Assembly: GCA_964469155.1 (NCBI GenBank)
Contig: CAYXXU010000010.1
Span: 306 to 64,305 of the forward strand
Length of the DNA stretch: 64,000 bases
Reading direction: 5' to 3'
Source: an uncultured Bacteroidales bacterium
GTDB taxonomy: Bacteria > Bacteroidota > Bacteroidia > Bacteroidales > CAIWKO01
Shown: positions 27,434 through 37,900 of the stretch, piece after piece
Layout: each line of letters opens with the position of its first letter
Position numbering within the stretch: the first letter of the stretch is position 1
Made by a program: the position numbers and the translations under genes
Notes under the pieces: generated by a model
The model's database searches: none
Told to the model about the DNA's origin: nothing
What the model saw: only the letters and a program-made list of their open reading frames with translations

Positions 27434-29410
27434 CTATTTCTTCTCAAATACCAGCACCACTTTATTGAAGTTAGCCGAAGCATTGGCAACTCGTCTGTAG
27501 TCTTCAAATTCGGCTATGGTATAATTATACTCTTTGTAATATTCCTCTATGGTAATGGTAACCGTATTGTTTTCCATTGTATAATCGGAAATAAAGGCCA
27601 TAGTGGTGTCATTGTTGTCACGGATATAGGTTTCGGTCATCTTTAGTTGATCAGGGTTAGAAACTTTATATCCATCAGGGATATTAAAGCTGATAATGCG
27701 CTCATAGCTGTGATTATATGGAAATTCGAGCGGCAGTTTGCGTTCGTCCTTTTTGTATAGTTCCAGTTGGGGCCCTATCAGCATACCCGCTTTAAAAAGA
27801 TATTTATTTCCGGCCTTTTCGAAAAAATGATCCGATTTCAGTGTGGCTTTGGCAATCAAAGGTTTTTGACCCAGAAAGTTGCCTCCCTTGTTTTCAAAGG
27901 TCAGGTTTTCAATCGTTCCTTCGTTATCAATATATTTAATGATCGATTCTGAAAAATCTTTCAGTTTGTCTTCTTCTTTAATAAAATCGAAGAAAGGCTG
28001 ATAATATGAAGCGGTATAACCACTCATTTCCCTGACTATTTCGAATTTTGTATCGCTGAAATCGTTGGTTATATCTGCTTTTATTTTCAGTTTATCGAGG
28101 CTTTCGGTATATTTTGCTCCCTGTATGAATTTTATTTTTCCCATTCCGGTACTGTAGTCGCCCATCGACACTGATTTGATGAACAACCCGTACGTGTTGA
28201 TGTATTCATTATCCGGAAAACCCAGTCGTGTAAAGTTATCGGCGGGGGCAAGGTACTTTTTAATTTTAGGAAAGTAGAGCAGGTATTTGTTCAGAAAAGC
28301 ATAACATTCGAAATCCTTGTCAAATTTAAGTTCAAAACGGTCGCACGTAAGCACAATCTCTGTTTCAATATTCAGATTTTTAAAAATGTTGGCATAGAGT
28401 TTCACAGAACCAAAATCATTATACACTTTATTGGCAACGATCTTTGCCAGCAAGGTCTTATCGGGATCAACCGTTTCGTCGTAGATGTAATTTGTTTTCA
28501 GATAATTTTCCACCTCTCTTATTTTGGCTTCCTCGTCACTGGCAGCAGGCTTTATATCTTTAACAACGCCTGCAATTACTTTGGAATCTTTGGATTCGAG
28601 TTGGTTAAATATACGGTCATATATATCGCCGGCAAGCGGTCCGTATGAATAGATATCCTTTTTTCCGGTAGCTGAATTACGATCGAGTTTAACGCCATAT
28701 TTCATCTTTTCTGCTTCTAAGGCAGCACTTTCTTCATCTTTCAACCGGGGTATGTTATCTTTTTGTATGGTCCAGATATTCTTATCTGTCACGGTAGTAT
28801 CGTATATGGCATCCGGACAGCCATTGAAACTCTTAAATTTAAACCACAGATTCGGAGGAGTAGAATATCGTGTTTGGTAAGAAAGCACAGGCAGCCCCGA
28901 TTGAATTGTGATAATGCTCCCATTCAGGGTGGGAATATGTTTCATACAGAACAGAAATTCTATCTCGCATCCTATTTCAACACCTTCGAAAGCAAAATAC
29001 TGATATTTGGTACCCGATTCTGAGTCATATCCCTCTTTAAACTCATCCTTCTTCAATTCGCTGACACTTCCGTCGTTTTTTATTACCCTGGCTTTTGCAC
29101 TCACCACCTTATCGGCATCGTACAATGGAATGTACACCTTATTGTTGTTTTCAATTCCCACATGGGTGATGAGTTTCACTCTTTTGTGCGTGATCTTGTA
29201 CTCGAATAAAATATTATTTTCATAAGTATACTCATAAAAATACCTGGTGAAAATGATCACTGAATTATTGGAAGTATCCTGATCGGTATTGGTAAGTTTC
29301 GGACTATCTTCCCATTTATACGATTCGTACTCTGCTTGTTGAACCTGTGCAAAGGAATGTTGAGCCCATGCCATCATCAGCAAGGCAATGAAAAGGATTG
29401 CTTTTTTCAT
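27434..29410 (-). CDS. secreted DUF3857-like domain protein
   Basis: 658 aa with a signal peptide (MKKAILFIALLMMAWAQHSFAQ). The N-terminal region resembles DUF3857. It is a paralogue-like neighbour of 29407-31326, and its ATG overlaps that gene's stop by 4 nt. Confidence 0.55.
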   Translation of the reverse strand: MKKAILFIALLMMAWAQHSFAQVQQAEYESYKWEDSPKLTNTDQDTSNNSVIIFTRYFYEYTYENNILFEYKITHKRVKLITHVGIENNNKVYIPLYDADKVVSAKARVIKNDGSVSELKKDEFKEGYDSESGTKYQYFAFEGVEIGCEIEFLFCMKHIPTLNGSIITIQSGLPVLSYQTRYSTPPNLWFKFKSFNGCPDAIYDTTVTDKNIWTIQKDNIPRLKDEESAALEAEKMKYGVKLDRNSATGKKDIYSYGPLAGDIYDRIFNQLESKDSKVIAGVVKDIKPAASDEEAKIREVENYLKTNYIYDETVDPDKTLLAKIVANKVYNDFGSVKLYANIFKNLNIETEIVLTCDRFELKFDKDFECYAFLNKYLLYFPKIKKYLAPADNFTRLGFPDNEYINTYGLFIKSVSMGDYSTGMGKIKFIQGAKYTESLDKLKIKADITNDFSDTKFEIVREMSGYTASYYQPFFDFIKEEDKLKDFSESIIKYIDNEGTIENLTFENKGGNFLGQKPLIAKATLKSDHFFEKAGNKYLFKAGMLIGPQLELYKKDERKLPLEFPYNHSYERIISFNIPDGYKVSNPDQLKMTETYIRDNNDTTMAFISDYTMENNTVTITIEEYYKEYNYTIAEFEDYRRVANASANFNKVVLVFEKK

Positions 29411-31326
29411 ATTTTCTTTTTTAATACCACTACTTCTTTAAAATCGGAACGCATTTGTTTTATCATTTTATTCCACGATTGGAATGCTGAGGGCTTGAGC
29501 AACATAGTATTTGTTCTGGATGTAAAATGGTAAACTATAGTGTTTCCTTTAATTTCATAAGTGATAGAATACGAGAAAGTGTCATCACCGTAAGAACTGT
29601 TTTTTGGCAAATAGCTTACTTCATAAGCCTCCGGTATGGTAAAAATATTATTTGCCCTGAGAAATGATTTGAAATAAAATTCATAATCGAGTTGGCGGTC
29701 ATCCTTAAATAATTCAAAATCCTCATAAGGTCTCGAAAGATTTAAATTCAGGTACATTTCATTATTGTTTATGATCAAATGATCGGAAAGAGTGAATTCG
29801 TAATTGATGCGCAAGCTATTTGGGTTGTATATAATATCGTATTTATCGATTACACACTTATTGTTACCCGTTTCGAGATAAGATTTCATGAACTTGGTTT
29901 TTTCAGTGGCATCCTTAATCCTTTCGATACTTTGCTTCATATTTGTAAAGTAATATCCTTTTAGTTGCAGATTGCCATTCCCCTTAATTTTTCCCTGATC
30001 GATAGAAAGATTTAAAAAATCGAGATGTGCGTTGCTATCCGCAGCAACTTCGGGCACTTTTCGAATTTCGTATTTTTCATTACTAATTCTGATCATGCTT
30101 TCTTTTCCCTGAATAAATGAACTGGGTATTTCCAACGGAATGTAGGGATTGGTGGCATCAAGAAAATAGTATTGTCCGTTTTCGATATAAGTAGCTATCA
30201 TGTGATTGGTTACTTTATTGGTTGGAATTTGCTGGTAGGTGTAAGGTAAATCGCGTGTGCCTACCCAGGTATAATAGGCTTTGATACCCGCAATATCCAG
30301 CAATTCGACAATGATCGTAGCCATATCTTTACAATCGCCATACCGTTTATCGAAAACCATGTAAGGATGGCGTGGCACGAAACCACCCAGCGCATATTCG
30401 TTGGCCACATACTTGATGTTGTTTTGCACCCATCGGTATATTGCTGCTACTTTTTCATGATCTGACTTACAATCTTTCACCAGCGAATTGGTAGTTTCTA
30501 TCATCGCATCCGTATGCTTGTGGTCAATTTTTGCGACTTTCTCATTTTGCCATGCAAACAGATCATCGATATTTCGAAATACATTAATATTGTTATTGTT
30601 CAGCTTATACGATTTAATATAGGGAATGATCTGGGGCAAAAAACAAAGATAGTCGGGCGATCGGTTCTCCTTTTTGTAACTGTTTATATTCGAAGCTTTC
30701 CAGGTATAAATATACCTTCCGCCTTTTTCTACTTTGGTAAAATCAATATTCGACGAATCGGTATAAAAGTATTTGGTATCAAATTCCACATTCTTATCGG
30801 CATTAATAACGAACTCGAAATTTTCGACCGGGTAATATCTTTTTACTATTTCGAAAGGGAAAAAATGCGGTTCGCTTATATCAAGGGTATACTTTAATTT
30901 GGTAATGGCCCCCTGACGCAGCGAAGGATAAATGAATGAAGTGGAAAAAAGATCCTGATAAAAAATATCATCCTCAAAAACTTCCTGGGTCTTAAAATCC
31001 TTAACTTTTATTTCCTTGAACTTATTGTTATCGGGCAGAAGCGTGCTGGCTTCAATATCTTTCATTTTTGAGAAATGAGACGATTCTATCTTGCCTTCCG
31101 AAAATGCCCCTGCCTTATAATTGTTGTAATAGATCTCTTCGTACTTGGTTTCTTCTATCTTCAGACCTGTTTTGCCTATATCGACCGAGATTTCGGTTTT
31201 TAAATTCAGGTAAACAATATCCTTGTCCTTATATTTGGTCCCATAATTAACGTAATCAGCAACATTCTGTGATGAGGCAACCCATGAGTAAGCCAGGAAA
31301 ATCAATAACACTAGTTTATTTTTCAT
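29407..31326 (-). CDS. secreted DUF3857 plus transglutaminase-like cysteine protease-fold protein
   Basis: ORF 29407-31386. I prefer the start MKNKLVLLIFLAYSWVASSQ (ATG 31326). The transglutaminase core triad context is present: YGDCKDMATIIVELL (Cys), VTNHMIATY (His), YFLDATNPY (Asp). Confidence 0.65.
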   Translation of the reverse strand: MKNKLVLLIFLAYSWVASSQNVADYVNYGTKYKDKDIVYLNLKTEISVDIGKTGLKIEETKYEEIYYNNYKAGAFSEGKIESSHFSKMKDIEASTLLPDNNKFKEIKVKDFKTQEVFEDDIFYQDLFSTSFIYPSLRQGAITKLKYTLDISEPHFFPFEIVKRYYPVENFEFVINADKNVEFDTKYFYTDSSNIDFTKVEKGGRYIYTWKASNINSYKKENRSPDYLCFLPQIIPYIKSYKLNNNNINVFRNIDDLFAWQNEKVAKIDHKHTDAMIETTNSLVKDCKSDHEKVAAIYRWVQNNIKYVANEYALGGFVPRHPYMVFDKRYGDCKDMATIIVELLDIAGIKAYYTWVGTRDLPYTYQQIPTNKVTNHMIATYIENGQYYFLDATNPYIPLEIPSSFIQGKESMIRISNEKYEIRKVPEVAADSNAHLDFLNLSIDQGKIKGNGNLQLKGYYFTNMKQSIERIKDATEKTKFMKSYLETGNNKCVIDKYDIIYNPNSLRINYEFTLSDHLIINNNEMYLNLNLSRPYEDFELFKDDRQLDYEFYFKSFLRANNIFTIPEAYEVSYLPKNSSYGDDTFSYSITYEIKGNTIVYHFTSRTNTMLLKPSAFQSWNKMIKQMRSDFKEVVVLKKKI

Positions 31327-31401
31327 GATTACCTTTTTAAGAAATTTAGTAGCAGGATTTGTGGCCTGATGCCGGAAATAATCCAAAACATGACATATAA
31401 T

Positions 31402-34400
31402 TTATTTATCGCTAATCCCTACCACTTCATCATTATAATAAGTAAGCACGGCAATGAGTTTCCCGTTTTTATCATATTTGCGGCATTTTCCATGGGTGGT
31501 GCCAGAAATATAATTTACCGATTCTTTCAGTTTTCCGTCAGGATAATATTGTAGAATATAACCATCGGGTTCTCCGTCCACATAGTTTCTTTTTTCTTTT
31601 ACCTGTCCGTTCGGATAATAATAGATATTCTCGCCCGATACGTCATCATCCTTATAATTTGATATTTCGTACAACTGCCCGGTTGAATAATACCTTTTGT
31701 ATGGGCCCTGGTATAAACCTTTATTTACGGTGTATTGTCTGGCAATTTTCCCGTTCTTGAGATAGATGGTAATTTCAGCAGTTTCGTTATCCACCTCGGT
31801 GGTTTTTTCTTTTCCGCTGGCATCAAAATAAGTGTATGAAAGTAATTGATCGTGAAGGAACAAACGCTTGTGTTCCAACTGTCCGTCGGGGCTATAGTAC
31901 AAACTCACTCCTTCAAGCAGCCCATCAATAAATTCACAATCATACTCAGGTTTGCCATTCTCATAATATGAAATGTCTTTCCCGTTTCTTTTTCCGTTCC
32001 TATAATTCACTATCCTGTCAAGTTTGCCGTCTTCGGTATAGTATTCCCATTTTCCGTCGGTATCGCCGTATTTATAATTGCCTGTCGTGCTAACATTGCC
32101 ATTCCAGTAATACCATGTCCATTTACCATTTTTATACCCGTTAAAGAACTGGCCTTTTACATTAATTTTCCCGTTGGGAAAATAGAAAACATAATCGCCG
32201 TTAAAATTACCATACTGAATATTGATCTCACTTTTTACCGGACCTCCCTTATAAAAATGATAGCTTTTCAGGCCGCTGGCATTGGTGTATCCAATGCTAT
32301 CGATTACATTTCCCAGTGAGTCGTAATTCATTGAACTGAGCAGAACCCCTTTGTAGAATGTTTCTGTTTCGAAAATCTTACCTGTGATGCTATACTTTCT
32401 TTGTATGCCGTTTTTTTGGCCTTCGATATAAAAATTCTCTCCGGCTAACGATTTGTCAGGATTGTAGGTAGCCCAATAACCCTCAACATCATCCTTAAGA
32501 TAGTTGCCGTGTGAATTGATGTTACCGTTTTTGTAATATTCCACATAATAACCGTCAGCCAGATCGTCTTTATAATGCAGTATTTTTTCAATTTTCCCGT
32601 TTGTGAAGAATGATTTTGCTTCACCCACTGATTTTCCGTCGACAAAACGGGATATGGATTCAATGTTGCCATTTTTGTCGTAAAATTTCCATTCACCCTG
32701 TTTGTCTTCTTTACCGTAAACTCCGCTGCTGCTTTTCATGCCCGTTGAATAGAAACTTTCGAAATCGAAGGTGCCGCTCTTTTTCTTATCTTCTTTCACC
32801 ACCTGTCCCTTTTTATTGTAATATTTATAACTTATGATCTCGCCTTTGCGGTATTCGCGTTCGTTATAAATTTTCCCATCAGTGTCATACTCTTTGCGTA
32901 CACCGTTCAGTTTTCCGGTTTCATCAAAATCGGCCGTGACCGATACCACGCCATTTTCAAAGAAAAGAATGTTTTTACCCACAGGCTTATCATTAAGGTA
33001 TTTTATCGAATCAGAAACCTGGCCGTTCTCATAGTATGAAATAAAATCGCCCTGCAGCACCCCTTTTACGTAATTGGCTTTTTGTCTGATCTTTCCATTG
33101 CGAAAATATAAGGTTTCGCTCAGGTTCTTTTTTCCCTCCAGATAATTTACTTCGCTCATGAGTTCTCCGCTGCTGTAATAGGTTTTTACCGGGCCGTCGA
33201 GTTTACCGTTCTTGTTGGTTCCTGTGAAGTATACCTGCCCGTTGGAGTAATACTCTTCATAGATACCATCCCTGATATCGTTCTTAAAGCTAATGGTTTT
33301 ATCTTTTGCCCCCTCGTTTGAATAGGCAATCCCTTCGCCGTCTATCTTATCACTCTTATAGGGAATATGCGATTCAATGATACCCAGCAAAGAGTATGAA
33401 TCATAAGAAATCAGCTCTCCTTTCACATAGGTGGCTTTTGTTTTAAGGTTGCCATTTTCATGATACCATATCCATTCGCCATCTTTTTTACCGTCTTCAA
33501 CAAATATACCCTTTGCTTTAAGCTTGCCATTGGCATGATAAAACTCAGTATAACCCAGGTAATCGGTCTTGGCGCTATTTAGAACGCCAAAGGAACTGAT
33601 GGCAAATCGTTTATTGGCCCTGAAAACATCTACCTTCTGCAATTTTCCGTTAAATTCCATATCATATTGCCTGTGTTGGTTATCCCAGGCATTCTTAAAC
33701 CATTCAACAAAACCCGATAGCCTGGATTTATTCTTTTCTACTATCTTTTTATGAGCCTCGTTAGCGCTTGCCTGCAACAGATAGGTAGCAAACAGATCGA
33801 ATTTATTGTCTTTCAGCAGTTGCTTATAGAAGGGCACATAGGTCTTATACCAGAATCCTTTGGTTTCGGGATCATCGGGCAACTTATCGAAAAGCAGGTA
33901 GTCTTGTTTTATAAAGCTGAAATTAAGTTTCGAGGGTACTTTATATTTTTTGTTTAGAGCAACGTAATTCTTAATCAGTATATCAATTTCCGAAAAATCA
34001 TCTCCATCAGTAATATCGAGCCCTTTGGGGTGAACGCTTTCCTCATACTTGGTGGTAACCATCTCGTTAATGCACAATAAGGCATTATTGGCCATTTTCG
34101 AATCGGGGTCTAATAAAATATAGGTACTGAAAGCTAACAAGGCGAGTGAGGTTTTACCTTCGTTCATGGCCAGTATACCCAGGGCATAATGTGTTCCCGG
34201 ATGAAAGGGATTCAATGCTTCCGACTTTTTATAACATTCAAATGCTTCCTTGTTTTTTTCGAGTTTTGTTAATGAGAATGCCTTATTAAAATAAAGCATG
34301 TTGGCCTTGGGAAAAAGTTTGCTGCCTGCCTCGTATAGTGCCACGGCATCTCCGTATTTCTGCAAATTATCGTAGCAGCATCCCATATCGGTATAGAGTT

Positions 34401-34695
34401 CGGGGCTCAGGTACAGGTCCATGCCAAGCGCTTTTTTACCCATGGCAATGCCTTCTTCATATTTTTCGAGCTGATAATAGGTCAGTGCCTGTTCGACAAC
34501 GGCAATATAATAATTGGTATCATTTTCCGGAATCTGACTGTATTCCTTCAGGGCCAGTTCGTATTTTCCATCTTCGTAGTATTCTACTCCTTTTTTGATC
34601 TTATCCGAAGAGTTGATAATTTCGGGTTTATCCTGGCTGAATGTGGCGCTGCTGAGCAGACAGAATACAAAAAGCAAAAGGGATTTGTTTCTCAT
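31402..34695 (-). CDS. secreted TPR-repeat plus MORN-variant (YwqK-like) repeat protein
   Basis: ORF 31402-34734. I prefer the start MRNKSLLLFVFCLLSSATFSQ (ATG 34695). The N-terminal ~230 aa are TPR-like. More than 20 tandem ~23-aa repeats of the form G.w..Yy.nGk....g.y..gk..G follow, which is the MORN variant type. Confidence 0.7.
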   Translation of the reverse strand: MRNKSLLLFVFCLLSSATFSQDKPEIINSSDKIKKGVEYYEDGKYELALKEYSQIPENDTNYYIAVVEQALTYYQLEKYEEGIAMGKKALGMDLYLSPELYTDMGCCYDNLQKYGDAVALYEAGSKLFPKANMLYFNKAFSLTKLEKNKEAFECYKKSEALNPFHPGTHYALGILAMNEGKTSLALLAFSTYILLDPDSKMANNALLCINEMVTTKYEESVHPKGLDITDGDDFSEIDILIKNYVALNKKYKVPSKLNFSFIKQDYLLFDKLPDDPETKGFWYKTYVPFYKQLLKDNKFDLFATYLLQASANEAHKKIVEKNKSRLSGFVEWFKNAWDNQHRQYDMEFNGKLQKVDVFRANKRFAISSFGVLNSAKTDYLGYTEFYHANGKLKAKGIFVEDGKKDGEWIWYHENGNLKTKATYVKGELISYDSYSLLGIIESHIPYKSDKIDGEGIAYSNEGAKDKTISFKNDIRDGIYEEYYSNGQVYFTGTNKNGKLDGPVKTYYSSGELMSEVNYLEGKKNLSETLYFRNGKIRQKANYVKGVLQGDFISYYENGQVSDSIKYLNDKPVGKNILFFENGVVSVTADFDETGKLNGVRKEYDTDGKIYNEREYRKGEIISYKYYNKKGQVVKEDKKKSGTFDFESFYSTGMKSSSGVYGKEDKQGEWKFYDKNGNIESISRFVDGKSVGEAKSFFTNGKIEKILHYKDDLADGYYVEYYKNGNINSHGNYLKDDVEGYWATYNPDKSLAGENFYIEGQKNGIQRKYSITGKIFETETFYKGVLLSSMNYDSLGNVIDSIGYTNASGLKSYHFYKGGPVKSEINIQYGNFNGDYVFYFPNGKINVKGQFFNGYKNGKWTWYYWNGNVSTTGNYKYGDTDGKWEYYTEDGKLDRIVNYRNGKRNGKDISYYENGKPEYDCEFIDGLLEGVSLYYSPDGQLEHKRLFLHDQLLSYTYFDASGKEKTTEVDNETAEITIYLKNGKIARQYTVNKGLYQGPYKRYYSTGQLYEISNYKDDDVSGENIYYYPNGQVKEKRNYVDGEPDGYILQYYPDGKLKESVNYISGTTHGKCRKYDKNGKLIAVLTYYNDEVVGISDK

Positions 34696-34820
34696 GTTTC
34701 CGGTTTTTTTTGATTCATAAAAATAATTCGACAAATTTAAATGGTGTAAATTAATAAAACAAGAAAATATTAAAATTTCTTTAAAATAATTTACAGTGTT
34801 TGGTTATCAGATGCCGGGGA

Positions 34821-34866
34821 GAAAAAGAAAAACTCCCGGAGCAATTGGTGGCTACGGGAGTTTTTA
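34821..34866 (-). terminator. Rho-independent (bidirectional-looking) terminator after the 34926 gene
   Basis: The 7-bp stem is ACTCCCG (34832-34838) / CGGGAGT (34855-34861). An A-run flanks it on the plus strand (a T-run on the minus transcript), and a T-run lies on the other side. Confidence 0.6.
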
Positions 34867-34925
34867 TATTGGAAATTATTGATGAGCTTTAGTCCGACTT
34901 AGCAATATAATCTGAAGAGCAGGCG

Positions 34926-37900
34926 CTAGGGTCTTATCACTTGCACGGCTGGTGGCTTCGAATTATTGTCTATTATAGTCATATCAGAACCATCCACAAT
35001 GCCATCGCCGTTTACATCCTCAGGAAAGTATCCCAGTAAAGCAGGAGGTTTACTGGCATTGTCTATCAACAACATATCTGTTCCGTCAACAATGCCATCC
35101 TGAAGTCCTGACACAGCAATATCACCGGCCCAGATAGCCCATATAGTACCCATTGATTTTAGGTTACTGCCATAACCCATATTCTGTGCTGTTGTGAAAT
35201 CCCAATTGAAAGGACCAGCACCACTAAAATCAACCCAATCGCCACTCCAGGTTTCTATGCTGTTGCGATGTTTTATTACTATATAGTAGGTACCTGTGAT
35301 GGTGCCGGGAAGGGTGGGAATAGTTAAGGTCCCATCAGCATTAAGTTCCACACCAATGTATGTGTAAGCCAGGGTAAATGGAGTAACTGATTGGTACAAT
35401 TCAACCCTTACGGTATCGACTACCGGTGCTGTGAATTTTGGACCGGCAACATCCTGTGCCTGGTTCATAGTGCCTGTAGATGTATTATATAAACCTTCGA
35501 GGAAGAGTTTCACATTAAGGGTTTTGGTAGTTGGAGCTGGCACATACACTTCAATATCATCAATCAGCCAGGCATGTGCATACGTTCCTTCATATAAAAA
35601 TGCAAGTTGTATGGTGTTACCGGCATAAGCAGAAAGGGAAACTACAGCCTGTTCCCAGGGCTCTAATACGGTGGTTGGGGACCATACCACATCATAAGTT
35701 TGCCAGCCATCGGAGGAAACCAGTACAGAGTTTTGTCCATAGTCAGCTGGATATACATTGTACGACCAAAAAGAAAGTTCTACATTAGTCGCTGCCGGAA
35801 GAACCAATTCAGGTGAAAACACTGCCCCAGATTCTGCATAACCAGAAGCACCATACAAATGTCCTATGCTCTGGGTTCCGCCGGGAGTGTGATTGTCAGT
35901 GTACAATGTCCAATTTTCTCCTCCGCCATCTATATCCTGCACTGTCCAACAACCAAGTGATGGAGATGTGGGCTCAAAATCTTCGGTAAAAGGAAGTGAG
36001 TAGGCATTGCAGGGGGTTGTGAAAGTAAAAGGACCTGCCCAGACCGATGTCCCATTGCTACCACAATTCGATTGCACATAAAAATCATAAGAAGTAGAAG
36101 CTGTTAATGTACCTATTGGTATAGAATAAGAATTCGCTGTCAGACCATTAACCGCATTGCCTCCGACATGATTAAAGCCTTCCAGTCCCCAATCAATATT
36201 CCATAAAGTACCGGTTGGGTCGGTCCATCCCAGATCAGCGCCTGTTTGTGTGAGATTGGTAATAGTAAGTGACGTTGGGGCAGGACAGGATGGTGATTCA
36301 TTTACAAGAATATCATCAATCAGCCAGGCATGAGCATACGTTCCTTCATATAAAAATGCAAGTTGTATGGTGTTACCGGCATAAGCAGAAAGTGAAACTA
36401 CAGCCTGCTCCCAGGTTGCTTCTGCAACTGTAGTTGGTGCCCAAACTACATCGTAAGTTTGCCAGCCATTGGTCGAAACCAGTACAGAATTTTGTCCGTA
36501 GTAGCTTGCATCCAAATTGTATGACCAAAATGACAGTTCAACAATAGTTGCTGCAGGCAGAATCAACTCAGGCGAAAACACTGCACCAGACTCAGCATAA
36601 CCAGAAGCCCCATACAAATGTCCAATCCCCTGGGCACCGCCGGGGGTATGATTGTCAGTGTACAATGTCCAATATTCTCCTCCACCATCAATATCCTGAA
36701 CCGTCCAGCAACCGAGTGATGGAGATGTGGGCTCAAAATTTTCAGTAAAAGGAAGCGAGTAGGCATTGCATGGAGTCATGAAAGTAAAAGGTCCGGCCCA
36801 GGCAGATAACCCCGTGGCACCACAATTTGATTGCACATAGAAATCATAAGAAGTAGATGCCGTTAGTGTACCTACAGGTATTGTATAAGAATTAGATGTC
36901 AGGCCATTCACAGGGTTTCCACCTGTATGATTAAAGCCCTGAAGGCCCCAATCAATATTCCATAAAGTGCCTGTTGGATCGGTCCAGCCCAAAACAGCGC
37001 CTGTTTGTGTGAGATTGCTAACAGTAAGTAAGGTGGGTGCAGGACAAATAACACCTTCAGTAATACTTACCAAATCCAATCCAATAAAAGCACCATCAGT
37101 TTGATTGTCTGCTACATGTTCGTTAAATGCAATATACACATTCTGACCGGCATACCCAGTCAATGGAATAGTAAATTGTTTCCAATCTCCCTGTATCAGT
37201 TGAGAATTATTAATGGCCAAAAGAGTTGTTGTAAAACTTGCCACGGCATTTGTCGTAGTTGATATTTTTATGTCTACATAATCAGCATAAGCCGAAAACA
37301 AATACATATAAAAGCTCAATTGGGCATTGGCCGGCACTGCAATTTGAGGTGAAATAAGCCATTGGTCGTTAGAGCTGGCACCACCGGTTGTCCAGGTGCA
37401 ATAGGCTGCTTTTGACCCACCGCCAGTAGGAACTGTCATCGTTCCACCTGTAAATCCTGGCAAGGGAGTAGTCCCGGATGTAATAGAAGCCCATCCTGTG
37501 CCGCCGTCGGGGCTTGATTTTGACCAGCATGCAGGTGGAAATACACCTCCTTCGAAACTCTCTGAAAAAGGAGTATTAGAGATTGCACAAACCGTTGAGA
37601 AGGTATATGGGCCTGACCAAACGCTATTAATACTTCCCGCACAATTGGACCGTACATAATACTGGTAAACAGTGCCTGAAGAAAGACCGGAAATAGGATT
37701 ATTGGTGCTTGAACCGGTAGAGGTTCCTGATCCGGTGGGTTGAGCCAGGGGTGCTACTCCATATACATATTCCCAGGCAGTAGCAGTTCCGTTGGGTGTC
37801 CAGGTTAAATTAGCAGAGTTGGTGGTTATTGAGGTAGCATTTAAAGCGCTTGGGGCCAGGCAGGCCGGAGGCGGACCCACCTGGGCTTCAATACCGTATT

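Noticed and set aside
34926-35525. Cellulosome-type dockerin implying a cohesin scaffold
   Set aside because: Only the two Ca-loop motifs resemble dockerin. The helices that follow are replaced by DN.SKPP. No cohesin-like protein or glycoside hydrolase is in the window, so I treat it as dockerin-like only.
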